Part shown: positions 17,626-27,347 of the stretch, one piece after another
Numbering within the stretch: position 1 is the stretch's first letter
Layout: each line of letters opens with the position of its first letter
Source: an uncultured Desulfobacteraceae bacterium
Lineage (GTDB): Bacteria > Desulfobacterota > DSM-4660 > Desulfatiglandales > Desulfatiglandaceae
Reading direction: 5' to 3'
Length of the DNA stretch: 64,000 nucleotides
Assembly: GCA_964423495.1 (NCBI GenBank)
Contig: CAYRFN010000001.1
Span: 17,902 to 81,901 of the forward strand
The notes under the pieces: model-generated
Told to the model about the DNA's origin: nothing
Databases searched by the model: none
The model's input: the letters and a program-made list of their open reading frames with translations, nothing else
Program-made: the position numbers and the translations under genes

Positions 17626-19539
17626 ATGGTGCCAGGTAAGTATAATATGAATAGATTATTTAACCGCATTATAGCTATTCTTATTCAATACAAATGGATT
17701 TTAATAATACTCTTTGCGATTAGTTTTGTCCATAATCTATCCAAAATTAGCATTGAAATTGAATTGAACACGGATTCGAATAATTCCTTTTCGATTTATT
17801 GGGGTGAAAAAGGATCATATTATCATGAATCCAGAAAGATTAAATTTCCAATTTATAAGGATAAGTATAGATACAGAGTTAGTTTAAATTTACTCTTTAA
17901 GAATATTCATGAATTTCGTATAGATCCACTAATTAGTGAAGGAAGAATTGCTATTAACAAAATAGTAATTAAAGACAAATATTTCAAACCAATTATTTTC
18001 GATAAAAAAAGTGATTTTGAGAAGTTCATTCCACTTAACGATGTTAAAAGCGTAACCTATGATAATAATCAAATGATAATTGAATCTGGAGGTAAAGACC
18101 CATATTTGGCTATGTCACTTCTTAATCCATCATTTGATCTGAAAAGCTTCGTAAAGATTATTTTATCTGCTTTTGTATTTAGTGCGCTTATTTCTATTGC
18201 AACAATTGTATTTTTAGTGATTGTAAATAGTACGTTATTCCGTGAATCCTATTATAGATATACAATTATTGCAATGTTGTTATTTGTTCTATCATTAATC
18301 TTAATAATGGCATTTGTAAGTACAAATTATTCTCATCCTGATGAAAGGGTTCATTTTAAGGCTGCTGAGTACTATTTTGATTATTGGATGCCACCTGCCA
18401 TAGGAGATAAACGTGTCGAGGGTACATATTCAGCATATGGTGTTTCCAGATTATATAGCCTCACACCTTTATATCTTTTAGCTGGAAAAATAGCCAATTT
18501 ATTAAATTTTGTTATAAATAATAGAATTATTTGTGTTCGCTTATTTGATGTAATGCTTTTCATGATAATTGGAGCCTTAGTTTTAAGCAGGGCAGAAATG
18601 AATTATGTATCTATCTTTGTTTTCATTTCTCCTCAGATTTGGTATATTTTTAGTTATATTAATGATGATGCTTTCCCATTGTTTATATCTTTTTTGCTAT
18701 TTTATCAAATAGCATTTAAAAGAAGCATATTTAATGAATTCATAAATTCAAAGGAACATGTTAAATCGCTATATGGAGCAATTTGGTTTGGAATATTACT
18801 TGGGATATTGCTAATTTCCAAAAAGAATTATTATTCTATATGGGCTTTTATTTGTGCATATTTGTTCTTAGATATGATATTCTCTATGCATAAGAAACAT
18901 CTATTGCTGAAGTATTGTATTGTTGTTATTATTTCAGTACTGATATTTAGTGGGAGAATGTATTACAATCAAATGATAAACGATTTTGATATTCCATCAA
19001 AAACTAAAATATTAGAAAAATACAAAAGGGAGCAATTCAAAAGCAATGCTGCTCCAGAAAAGAAGTATTATGCTTATCATTTGAAAGAAAAAGGTGTTAA
19101 ATTTACAGAATTAATTACAAGTTGGAAATGGAATTGGCATACTCGTACTTTTGATAGCTTTGTTGGTAATTATGGGTATTTGAACATATATTCTAAAGCA
19201 GCTTTTTATAAAATTTATTTGTTAGCTTATATATCTTTTATTATTACATTAATATTTGTAACATTTAAACATTTTCCAATTAGAGAACGTCTTTTATCTT
19301 TATTAGTATTATCTTTATCAATATTGCTGATATTAGCATCGTTATATCATTCATGGGTAGTTGATTTTCAAGCTCAGGGGAGATATTTATTTCCAATTGT
19401 TATAATGTTTTGTTTTTTGTTTGATAGAATTAAGGGAAAGATAGGTACCAGAATATTAAATTATTATACAATAATATTCTTCTGTCTATCTTCTTACAGT
19501 TTCGTTATTACAGCGTTGGGGCGCATTCCAAAAGGATAA
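17626..19539 (+). CDS. Polytopic membrane protein, GT-C/DUF2142-like, with an N-terminal periplasmic R-I-D-P module
   Basis: TM1 is followed by ...IHEFRIDPLISEGRIAINKIVI. The motif YSHPDERVHFKAAEYY is followed by ~10 TM helices. The gene is very AT-rich. ATG 17647 is an alternative start. Confidence 0.6.
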   Translation: MVPGKYNMNRLFNRIIAILIQYKWILIILFAISFVHNLSKISIEIELNTDSNNSFSIYWGEKGSYYHESRKIKFPIYKDKYRYRVSLNLLFKNIHEFRIDPLISEGRIAINKIVIKDKYFKPIIFDKKSDFEKFIPLNDVKSVTYDNNQMIIESGGKDPYLAMSLLNPSFDLKSFVKIILSAFVFSALISIATIVFLVIVNSTLFRESYYRYTIIAMLLFVLSLILIMAFVSTNYSHPDERVHFKAAEYYFDYWMPPAIGDKRVEGTYSAYGVSRLYSLTPLYLLAGKIANLLNFVINNRIICVRLFDVMLFMIIGALVLSRAEMNYVSIFVFISPQIWYIFSYINDDAFPLFISFLLFYQIAFKRSIFNEFINSKEHVKSLYGAIWFGILLGILLISKKNYYSIWAFICAYLFLDMIFSMHKKHLLLKYCIVVIISVLIFSGRMYYNQMINDFDIPSKTKILEKYKREQFKSNAAPEKKYYAYHLKEKGVKFTELITSWKWNWHTRTFDSFVGNYGYLNIYSKAAFYKIYLLAYISFIITLIFVTFKHFPIRERLLSLLVLSLSILLILASLYHSWVVDFQAQGRYLFPIVIMFCFLFDRIKGKIGTRILNYYTIIFFCLSSYSFVITALGRIPKG

Positions 19540-19574
19540 AATAATTAATTTATTTTTTGTTTCATGGAGATTTT

Positions 19575-21269
19575 ATGATAAGAAATTTATCAGCACTGTC
19601 AGGTAGAGAATATGATCTGGTGATTATAGGCGCTGGAGCCTTTGGGTCTTGTGCGGCCTGGGATGCAGTATCTCGTGGACTATCGGTAGCACTTGTCGAA
19701 CGGGGGGATTTTTGCTGTGCAACATCTTCAAACCATTTGAAGGTGGTTCATGGGGGGATACGTTATCTCCAACACGTGGATTTGTATCGTGTTCGTGAAT
19801 CATGTAGGGAGCGCACAGCGCTCCTTTGTATCGCTCCACATCTCGTTCAGCCACTTCCTATACTTATGCCCACTTATGGACATATGATGATAGGCAAGGA
19901 AGTATTGGGCATGGGTATGATCCTTTATGATCTTATTACATTTGATCGAAATAAAGATCTGAGGGATCCAGAAAGGCGTATTCCATGGGGGCGTCTAATT
20001 TCTCGAGAAGAGTGTTTAAGTATTTTCCCGGAGATAAAAAAGGAGAAACTTACAGGGGGATGCATTTTCTTTGACGGTCAGTTTTATAATCCTCCCAGGC
20101 TTTCACTCGCATTTTTGAGATCTGCGGTTATTGCAGGAGCCGACATTGGGAATTATTTAGAGGTAACAAATTTTCTTCAAAACTCCGGTCGAGTATTTGG
20201 TGTAAAAGTGCGAGATGTTTTGTCTGGAGAATATCTTGAAATCCGTGGAAAAACAGTTCTTAATACTGCTGGACCATGGGCTGATCGGCTATTAAGAGTT
20301 GGGATGGACATTCGGTTACGTCCCAAACCTCATTTTTCGAGAGATGTAGGCTTTGTTGTTTCAAGTCGTATCAGCAAAAAGTATGCTTTTGCCTGTATGA
20401 TCAAGAGCAAGGATCCAGATGCAATTATAAGCAGAGAAGGCCGTCATATCTTTCTTGTGCCTTGGCGCGACTATACTCTTGTTGGTGTTTGGCACTTAGT
20501 CCATGATAAAGGACCAGATGAATTCACTGTCACCCAAAAGGAGCTTCAAGCTTACATTGATGAGATAAATGAAGCATATCCTCCTCTTGGAATTACCATG
20601 AAAGATATATCCATGGTCAATGCAGGGTTAACACTATTTGGTGAAAATGATCCAAGTGAGACGGATCTTAGATTCGGAAAACGCTCTTTGTTTATCGATC
20701 ACGCTAAGAAACATCATGTGGAAGGGTTGTTGACTCTTATTGGTGTTCGGGCTACGACAGCCAGAGGCATGGCCGAGAAGGCTATTGATCTTGTTTTCAA
20801 AAAGCTGGGAAGGAATTCCTCGAGATCGAAAACTTCAACAACTCCTATCTATGGTGGCAAAATAGGCTGCTTCAAAGAGTTCCTCAACAAGGCTATTAAG
20901 AGCCATTCTCCAGTATTAAGCGCTGAGGTGGTACATTCATTGGCACATAACTACGGTTCTGAATATCAAGAAGTATTGAAATATGTTGATGAAAACCCAT
21001 CTTGGGCTCGGACAGTGGGCAAATCAAAGGTTATTGGGGCTGAAGTCATTCATGCTGTTCGGGAGGAGATGGCTCAGAAATTGGTTGATGTTGTATTCAG
21101 AAGGACAGATCTTGGTACCGGTGGATTTCCTGGAGAAGATGCAATAAATGCGTGTGCTGAGTTGGTGGCTTTGGAAATGGGTTGGAACAATGACAGGATT
21201 CAAAGAGAAATCGATGAAGTTATGTCTGCTTTTCCATTTTTAAGCAAAAGTAACCAAATAAATAAGTGA
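19575..21269 (+). CDS. FAD-dependent oxidoreductase of the GlpD (glycerol-3-phosphate dehydrogenase) family
   Basis: DLVIIGAGAFGSCAAWDAVSRGLSVALVERGDF..ATSSNHLKVVHGGIRYL closely parallels the GlpD N-terminus, and a GlpD-type C-terminal helical domain is present. GGAG lies 5 nt before ATG 19575. Confidence 0.8.
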   Translation: MIRNLSALSGREYDLVIIGAGAFGSCAAWDAVSRGLSVALVERGDFCCATSSNHLKVVHGGIRYLQHVDLYRVRESCRERTALLCIAPHLVQPLPILMPTYGHMMIGKEVLGMGMILYDLITFDRNKDLRDPERRIPWGRLISREECLSIFPEIKKEKLTGGCIFFDGQFYNPPRLSLAFLRSAVIAGADIGNYLEVTNFLQNSGRVFGVKVRDVLSGEYLEIRGKTVLNTAGPWADRLLRVGMDIRLRPKPHFSRDVGFVVSSRISKKYAFACMIKSKDPDAIISREGRHIFLVPWRDYTLVGVWHLVHDKGPDEFTVTQKELQAYIDEINEAYPPLGITMKDISMVNAGLTLFGENDPSETDLRFGKRSLFIDHAKKHHVEGLLTLIGVRATTARGMAEKAIDLVFKKLGRNSSRSKTSTTPIYGGKIGCFKEFLNKAIKSHSPVLSAEVVHSLAHNYGSEYQEVLKYVDENPSWARTVGKSKVIGAEVIHAVREEMAQKLVDVVFRRTDLGTGGFPGEDAINACAELVALEMGWNNDRIQREIDEVMSAFPFLSKSNQINK

Positions 21270-21325
21270 AGATAATACTGCGGGCAATTATGTCTTTTAT
21301 ATCAAAAACAGGCAGAGAACTATGG

Positions 21326-21386
21326 GCGTGACCTCAAAGCCACGCTTTATATCTTTATATATTAGTACCACGGGTGTAAGCCCGTG
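21326..21386. repeat. Two GC-rich stem-loops in the glpD-like/SDR intergenic gap (REP-like)
   Basis: gcgtg(21326-21330) pairs with cacgc(21341-21345), and cacggg(21369-21374) pairs with cccgtg(21381-21386). No T-tract follows either stem. Confidence 0.5.
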
Positions 21387-21425
21387 CGTATCTACTGTGT
21401 AAAAATCAGTAAAAGGATGGTAAAA

Positions 21426-22415
21426 ATGAGAGTATTGATTACTGGAGGAACAGGGTTTATTGGATCCAGATTGGCTTTGAGCTGTCTTGAGAGAGGGGAT
21501 TTTGTTAAAGTATTGGGGCAAGTGAATAATCCAGCGGAATCGGAAAACAGGAAACTGATAGAAGAAAAAGGCACAGAAGTCATATTGGCATCTATAACAG
21601 ATAGAAAAAAAATATTTAGTCTTCTTCAGGGCATTGACGTTGTTTATCACCTTGCGGCTGCCCAGCATGAAGCCAACGTACCAGACCAGGTTTTTTGGGA
21701 TGTGAATGTCACAGGTACAAAGAACATTCTTGAAGCCAGCGTTAGTACAGGTGTGAAATGCTTTGTACATGGAAGCACTATTGGGGTTTACGGAGCTTCA
21801 TTGGAGGGAAACATAGATGAACAATCGCCTTTACAGCCAAATAATATTTATGGCATTACAAAATTAGAGGGAGAAAAATTAGTACTATCATACCGTGAAA
21901 AAATTCCTCTGGTGATAATTCGCATTTCAGAAACATATGGCCCTGGAGATCGAAGGCTTCTGAAACTCTTCAAGGGAGTAAAGAACAAAATCTTTTTTGT
22001 GATCGGCAATGGAAAGAATATGCACCATTTAATATATGTCGATGATCTGATTTATGGACTTTTTTTGGCCGCAGCATCAAAAGACGCGAAAGGAAGGATT
22101 TTTGTTCTTGCTGGAAAAGAGCCTCTTACAACCAATGACATGGTTGAAGAAATCGCCAAACAATTGGGCACAAGAATACCAAGGTATCATGTTCCGCTTT
22201 CTTTGTTCTTAGCTCTGGCAACGATCACTGAAAAAATATTTAAGCCGCTTGGAATTCAACCCCCTCTGCACCGAAGAAGGATGGATTTTTTTAAAAAGAG
22301 CTTTGTATTCTCGCATGAAGAGGCTTTTAAGACATTTGATTTTGTTCCTGAGACCGGATTTAGTCAGGGAGTCAGAGAAACTATTGGATGGTATAGAGAA
22401 ACCGGCTATCTGTAG
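21426..22415 (+). CDS. NAD-dependent epimerase/dehydratase (extended SDR)
   Basis: MRVLITGGTGFIGSRL, with YGITK (YxxxK). AGGA lies ~10 nt upstream of ATG 21426. The longer 21384 ORF start is less likely. Confidence 0.85.
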   Translation: MRVLITGGTGFIGSRLALSCLERGDFVKVLGQVNNPAESENRKLIEEKGTEVILASITDRKKIFSLLQGIDVVYHLAAAQHEANVPDQVFWDVNVTGTKNILEASVSTGVKCFVHGSTIGVYGASLEGNIDEQSPLQPNNIYGITKLEGEKLVLSYREKIPLVIIRISETYGPGDRRLLKLFKGVKNKIFFVIGNGKNMHHLIYVDDLIYGLFLAAASKDAKGRIFVLAGKEPLTTNDMVEEIAKQLGTRIPRYHVPLSLFLALATITEKIFKPLGIQPPLHRRRMDFFKKSFVFSHEEAFKTFDFVPETGFSQGVRETIGWYRETGYL

Positions 22416-22480
22416 AATAATTTCCTAATATGTGATTTTCAATATAAACTAAGTTCGTTATAAAGTAAAACTAATATAAT

Positions 22481-23650
22481 ATGAGCCGTCATCTCCTTAT
22501 CTTTCTTGATAAGACCTTCTTCCAAGCCATTTTTTTCTTTATTGTATTCTTATCAAAACTGCGGAAAACTAATAAACAAGACTATTGGCCGAAGTTGGAT
22601 GGGTCTGAAAGCTTCCTGGTGATTCGCCCTGGAGGACTTGGGGATGGAATTATGTGTATCCCGTTCTTAAAAGTACTAAGAAAAGAATTCCCTAAAAATA
22701 AAATTACCTTGATGTGTGTAGAGAAAAACAGTGCAGTTTTCCATCAGCTATCACTTTTCAATGAGCTTATTGTGATTGATAGCTTAGCCAGTTTGCCAAA
22801 AAATTTGTTTAAACTTGTTAGTAATCAATTCGACGTAGTTTTTGACTTGGAACCATTTAGAAAGATGAGTTCAATAATAACCTATCTGTCAGGGGCCAAT
22901 ATCCGAATCGGATTTGATACCAATATTAGGCGAGTCCTATATACCCATTTTGTTACATATGCTAATGAAAAATGTTATGAATCATTGAACATGATCCGGC
23001 AGTTAAATGTGTTGGATATAAATGTATCACAAAGTGAGGCTACTGATATTAGCTTTACATTGCCAGACAACACGTTAGAAAGGGCAAGATCAATATTACA
23101 ATCTTATAACATTAATTCAGTAAATGACATTATCGTCACGATAGTTCCTGGTGTATTAAAAGAACATCACCGTTGGATTATGTCAAATTTTTCCTCATTG
23201 ATTGAGTTGATTCAACAGGAGGACGAGGCAGCAATAATATTGTTATTGGGTGCTCCTTCAGATATTCAAGATGCCAATGAAGTTCTGCTGCATTTAAAAG
23301 AACAAAGAAGAGTCATAAACTTGATAGGGAAGACAACTTTCATAGAGGCATTAGGAATATTAAAAGCATGCAAAGTACTGATTGCATGTGACGGTGGGAT
23401 TATTTATATGGCAGCGGCAATGGGTTGCAATACAATATCCCTTTGGGGGCCTGGTGTTATGGAACGCTTCAAACCTCCTGGAGACAATCATATTGGTTTA
23501 AGAAAAGACTATTTCTGTGTTCCCTGTGTAAATTACGGACGCTTAGGAGAGTTCCCCAAATGCTTATATGAGAGAAAGTGCATTAAAGATATTTCACCTG
23601 CAGATGTTTTTGAAAAATATATGAAACTAAGGGACAGGTTTTGGAAGTGA
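22481..23650 (+). CDS. Family 9 glycosyltransferase (heptosyltransferase-like)
   Basis: FLVIRPGGLGDGIMCIPFLKVLRKEFP and the C-terminal INLIGKTTFIEALGILKACKVLIACDGG match the GT9 pattern. Confidence 0.75.
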   Translation: MSRHLLIFLDKTFFQAIFFFIVFLSKLRKTNKQDYWPKLDGSESFLVIRPGGLGDGIMCIPFLKVLRKEFPKNKITLMCVEKNSAVFHQLSLFNELIVIDSLASLPKNLFKLVSNQFDVVFDLEPFRKMSSIITYLSGANIRIGFDTNIRRVLYTHFVTYANEKCYESLNMIRQLNVLDINVSQSEATDISFTLPDNTLERARSILQSYNINSVNDIIVTIVPGVLKEHHRWIMSNFSSLIELIQQEDEAAIILLLGAPSDIQDANEVLLHLKEQRRVINLIGKTTFIEALGILKACKVLIACDGGIIYMAAAMGCNTISLWGPGVMERFKPPGDNHIGLRKDYFCVPCVNYGRLGEFPKCLYERKCIKDISPADVFEKYMKLRDRFWK

Positions 23651-23709
23651 CCGAGTTCCGGAGTATGAGATAAAGGAATAACCTTCAACAAAAGGAGGAA
23701 AATTGTAGC

Positions 23710-24429
23710 ATGAAACTAACTGCAAAGATGGAACCATTTGATTCTTTTTGGGAGGCTCCGGATGATATAGAAAAAGGTTATATGTCATTCTATAAGTTTT
23801 ATAAAAGGAATTATCTGAGATATATTCCAAAGAATAAAGAAGCGAATATTCTTGTAGTAAGTTGTGGCCCCGGATACTTTGTGGAATTATTGAAAAAAGA
23901 GGGATTTAATCATGTAATGGGAATTGATTCTGATCCAGACAAGATAGAATATGCAAAGAAAAGAAGTCTTAATTGCGAGGTGAAAAATGCCTTTGATTTC
24001 CTTGAGAAACAGAATGAGTATTTTGATGTAATTGTTGCCGAGCAGGAGATTAACCATATTACAAAAGAGGAGATATTGATATTTTTGAAACTATGTTGGG
24101 ATAATTTAAATAAAGATGGAGTGTTAATTATACATTCATTAAATGGTGCAAATCCAATAACCGGTGCCGAGAGCCTTACCCAGAATATTGATCACTATGT
24201 TCTTTTTACCGACTATAGTCTGAGACAGATTTTGGAATATTCAAATTTTAAGGAAATAAATATCATTCCACTCAAACTATATATTTTTTATGAAAATCCT
24301 TTAAATTACATTGGCATTATTTTAGATAAATTGTACACGATGTTCTTTAGAGTTAGTTTTCTAATATATGGCAAATCGAACAAAATATTCACAAAAAAAA
24401 TAGCAGCTATTTGCAAGAAGAGATATTAA
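23710..24429 (+). CDS. Class I SAM-dependent methyltransferase
   Basis: Motif I is ILVVSCGPGYF, with an acidic residue after beta-2 (GIDSD). Confidence 0.7.
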   Translation: MKLTAKMEPFDSFWEAPDDIEKGYMSFYKFYKRNYLRYIPKNKEANILVVSCGPGYFVELLKKEGFNHVMGIDSDPDKIEYAKKRSLNCEVKNAFDFLEKQNEYFDVIVAEQEINHITKEEILIFLKLCWDNLNKDGVLIIHSLNGANPITGAESLTQNIDHYVLFTDYSLRQILEYSNFKEINIIPLKLYIFYENPLNYIGIILDKLYTMFFRVSFLIYGKSNKIFTKKIAAICKKRY

Positions 24430-25191
24430 ATGAAGGAAATAGAAAAAGGTAATTCGATACGAGAAAAACTTGCTAAAGGGCAAGGGTCACCATTTAAGAC
24501 TTATGTGGACCTTACGGTAGGGAAAGTAAGCATCTCACGTTTTATTCTGTATGAAATTATAACGAGCTGTTTAGCTCCTATTCCTGGTGGTATTGGCTTC
24601 TATCTTCGTAAGAAATTCTACCCACTACTCTTTAGAAGGAGTGGTAAAGGGCTTATTATTGGGCGTAACGTTGTGATTCGCCATCCAGACAAGATTGAAT
24701 TGGGAGATTACGTAACAATTGATGATAATTGCCTCATTGATGGCCGTGGTTCAGGACATAGTGGAGTAATTTTGGAGGATAATGTCATTATTAACCGCAA
24801 TTGTATGCTTCAGGCTAAGGCCGGTCCGATTCACCTTAGAAAACGAACCAGTATAGGCAGCAACTCTTCCATTGTTTCTATGTCTGGTGTGGAATTAGGT
24901 GAGGCCGTGCTGCTTGCTGGTGGCTGTTGTATTAGTGCAGGATTGTACCATTATAATGATTTAGACGAAGCTGTTATGGATCAGGGTATTTATTCACGTG
25001 GCCCAATCACGATTGGCAAAAAGACCTGGCTGGGTACTGGTGTTATGGTGCTGGATGGTGTAAGGATAGGTACTTGTGCCGTAATTGGAGCAGGAGCAGT
25101 AGTAATAAAAAATATTCCCGACAACGCTATTGCCTTTGGAGTACCTGCCAAGATAAAGAACTTGCGTACTGATGACCCTACCGTTGAATAA
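24430..25191 (+). CDS. Hexapeptide-repeat (LbH) O-acyltransferase
   Basis: Hexapeptide repeats IGRNVVI, IGSNSSI, LGTGVMVLDGVRIGTCAVIGAGAVV. The start directly abuts the previous stop. Confidence 0.8.
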   Translation: MKEIEKGNSIREKLAKGQGSPFKTYVDLTVGKVSISRFILYEIITSCLAPIPGGIGFYLRKKFYPLLFRRSGKGLIIGRNVVIRHPDKIELGDYVTIDDNCLIDGRGSGHSGVILEDNVIINRNCMLQAKAGPIHLRKRTSIGSNSSIVSMSGVELGEAVLLAGGCCISAGLYHYNDLDEAVMDQGIYSRGPITIGKKTWLGTGVMVLDGVRIGTCAVIGAGAVVIKNIPDNAIAFGVPAKIKNLRTDDPTVE

Positions 25192-25216
25192 ACATTTTCA
25201 ATGATGGAGTTGAGAG

Positions 25217-26332
25217 ATGAGGATTTGTATAGATGCTCGAAGCCTTAGTCATAAAGGTATTTTTACCTACGGTACCTCCTTACTCAAAAGTCTACTAAAA
25301 ATTGATAACCTTAATGAGTATATGGTTATTACAGATCAAAAATTGAAAGATTGGGGATTTGAAGACATTAATGAAATAACAGTCCCCTCATTTAATCCCT
25401 TATATTGGATGATTTGGAGCAATACAACACTTCCAAAAATTCTTGATGACAAAGAAGTTGATGTTTATCATTCTTTCAAACATGTAACAGCATATAATTT
25501 AAAGGCGAAAAAGGTCCTTACATTCCATGGTGGGCCTATGCTCTATAGGTTTCCTGATTTCTATAAATGGTATGATCGTATTTATTGGAAATTTTCTTAT
25601 AGAATGGCAATAAAAAAATATGATCGGATAATAGCTACAGCAGATGCTGAAAGAGATTTTTTTGTCAAGAACCTTGGTGCCTCGGAATCAAAATTTCGAG
25701 TTGTAAATCTTGCCGGTGATGAACGCTTTCGGGTAATAAAGGATCAAGTTAATCTCAAAAGAGTAAAGGAAAAATATGATCTAACTAATCATTTTATCCT
25801 TTTTTTGGGGCGAATGCATCCTCAAAAAAATTTAGAAATGCTAATAAAGGCCTATGATAAAGCAAAGGGTTTATTTGATATTAGACATAAATTAGTAATT
25901 GTTGGAGGCAAGTGCGGTTCATATTTTCAGAAGATTTTTGATTTGGTACAAGACCTTGGTATTGACAATAACGTTATGTTTCTGGGACATATTCCATCAG
26001 CTGATGTACCGTATATATATAATCTTGCCGATTTATTTCTATTTCCTACAAACTATGAAAATTGGGGCATTGTGTTGTTAGAAGCGATGGCTTGTGGTTT
26101 GCCAGTCATTACTTCGAATATCGCAGATATAGATGAGGTTGTAGAAGGCTCAACGATTAGAGTAGATCCAAATAGCGTATCTGAAATTGCTGAGGCAATA
26201 GTAAAAGTTATCAGTTCTGAAGAGCTTATGCAGTCATTAGCACTAAGAGGATTACAAAAGGTCAAATTGTTCTCATGGGATCGTTGTGCCAGAGAGACTA
26301 TCAGAGTTTACGAAGAATTGTTCGGATTTTAA
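25217..26332 (+). CDS. GT4-family (GT-B) glycosyltransferase
   Basis: The C-terminal motif NYENWGIVLLEAMACGLPVITSN is EX7E-type. Confidence 0.85.
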   Translation: MRICIDARSLSHKGIFTYGTSLLKSLLKIDNLNEYMVITDQKLKDWGFEDINEITVPSFNPLYWMIWSNTTLPKILDDKEVDVYHSFKHVTAYNLKAKKVLTFHGGPMLYRFPDFYKWYDRIYWKFSYRMAIKKYDRIIATADAERDFFVKNLGASESKFRVVNLAGDERFRVIKDQVNLKRVKEKYDLTNHFILFLGRMHPQKNLEMLIKAYDKAKGLFDIRHKLVIVGGKCGSYFQKIFDLVQDLGIDNNVMFLGHIPSADVPYIYNLADLFLFPTNYENWGIVLLEAMACGLPVITSNIADIDEVVEGSTIRVDPNSVSEIAEAIVKVISSEELMQSLALRGLQKVKLFSWDRCARETIRVYEELFGF

Positions 26333-26360
26333 TTTTTGAATTAAATGAAGGATATCAATA

Positions 26361-27347
26361 ATGTCAAAAAAAAAGGCCCTTCATATAATAAAATTTATAA
26401 TTAGCATTGGATTAATTCTGTTTTTATTATTCAAAGCTGACATAGAATCCTTGCTTAGAGCTGTTAGTCAAATAGATATTTCTCTTTTTATAATTGCTGT
26501 AATAATAGGTTCTTTAACTATTCTAATAAGATCATACAAGTGGCAATTGTTATTAGATATTCAAGGGGCAAAATTGTCATTACGGTATATTGTAGCGATT
26601 ACCTACATGTCACTATTTTTCAATAATTTTGCCCCAGGTTCTATTGGTGGTGATGTATTTAAGGTCCAAAAGACAATGAAAGATTCTGTGTTCAAAAGTG
26701 GGGCTATATCCTCCATAATAATGGAAAGATTAACAGGCTTGGTGATGTTGTTTTTTATGGTACTACTTTTTGGCACATGTGATTTATTTATGGCTAAACC
26801 TATTCTGGAACAAAATCAGTTCTATTTGCTTGTCGTATATGGCTTAGGTATCTTAATATTGACTTATGTCTTATACAAAGTTATCTTAAGAATAAAGAAG
26901 TTACAGTTAGTTTCCAAATTCCCCAAGATTGTCCAGTTTATTGAAGATTTCAAAGAAAGCATCAATATACATAGAATACATAAAAAAATAGTCATATCAT
27001 GTTTGGCCTTGTCGTTTATTTTTTTTATAATAAATACTATAGCAATGTATCTCTTTGCTCTTTCTGCAAACGAGAAGATAAATATTTTACAGTTAGGTTT
27101 TGCAGTCCCATTGATTGCTTTTATTGCCTTAATACCGATATCTGTGAATGGGATTGGTCTTCAGGAGGGTGCTTTCTTTCTTTTTTTTAGTAAAATTGGG
27201 ATTAAACCAGAATCTGCTTTACTTATTTCTTTTCTGCCTCGAATTGCAATTTTGATTTTTAGTTTAATTGGTGCAATAATTTATTTGTTTAATATTAGAA
27301 TAAAAAAAGGATCCAAACAAAGTTCAAAATTAGGTAATGAGAGATAA
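26361..27347 (+). CDS. Flippase-like / lysyl-PG-synthase-TM (UPF0104) family membrane protein
   Basis: Eight or so TM helices, with the motif FNNFAPGSIGGDVFK. Confidence 0.6.
   Translation: MSKKKALHIIKFIISIGLILFLLFKADIESLLRAVSQIDISLFIIAVIIGSLTILIRSYKWQLLLDIQGAKLSLRYIVAITYMSLFFNNFAPGSIGGDVFKVQKTMKDSVFKSGAISSIIMERLTGLVMLFFMVLLFGTCDLFMAKPILEQNQFYLLVVYGLGILILTYVLYKVILRIKKLQLVSKFPKIVQFIEDFKESINIHRIHKKIVISCLALSFIFFIINTIAMYLFALSANEKINILQLGFAVPLIAFIALIPISVNGIGLQEGAFFLFFSKIGIKPESALLISFLPRIAILIFSLIGAIIYLFNIRIKKGSKQSSKLGNER

Noticed and set aside
21297-21770. A 157-aa minus-strand ORF.
   Set aside because: It overlaps the well-supported SDR gene, and its N-terminal part is built from the intergenic hairpins. 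It has no recognisable motifs.
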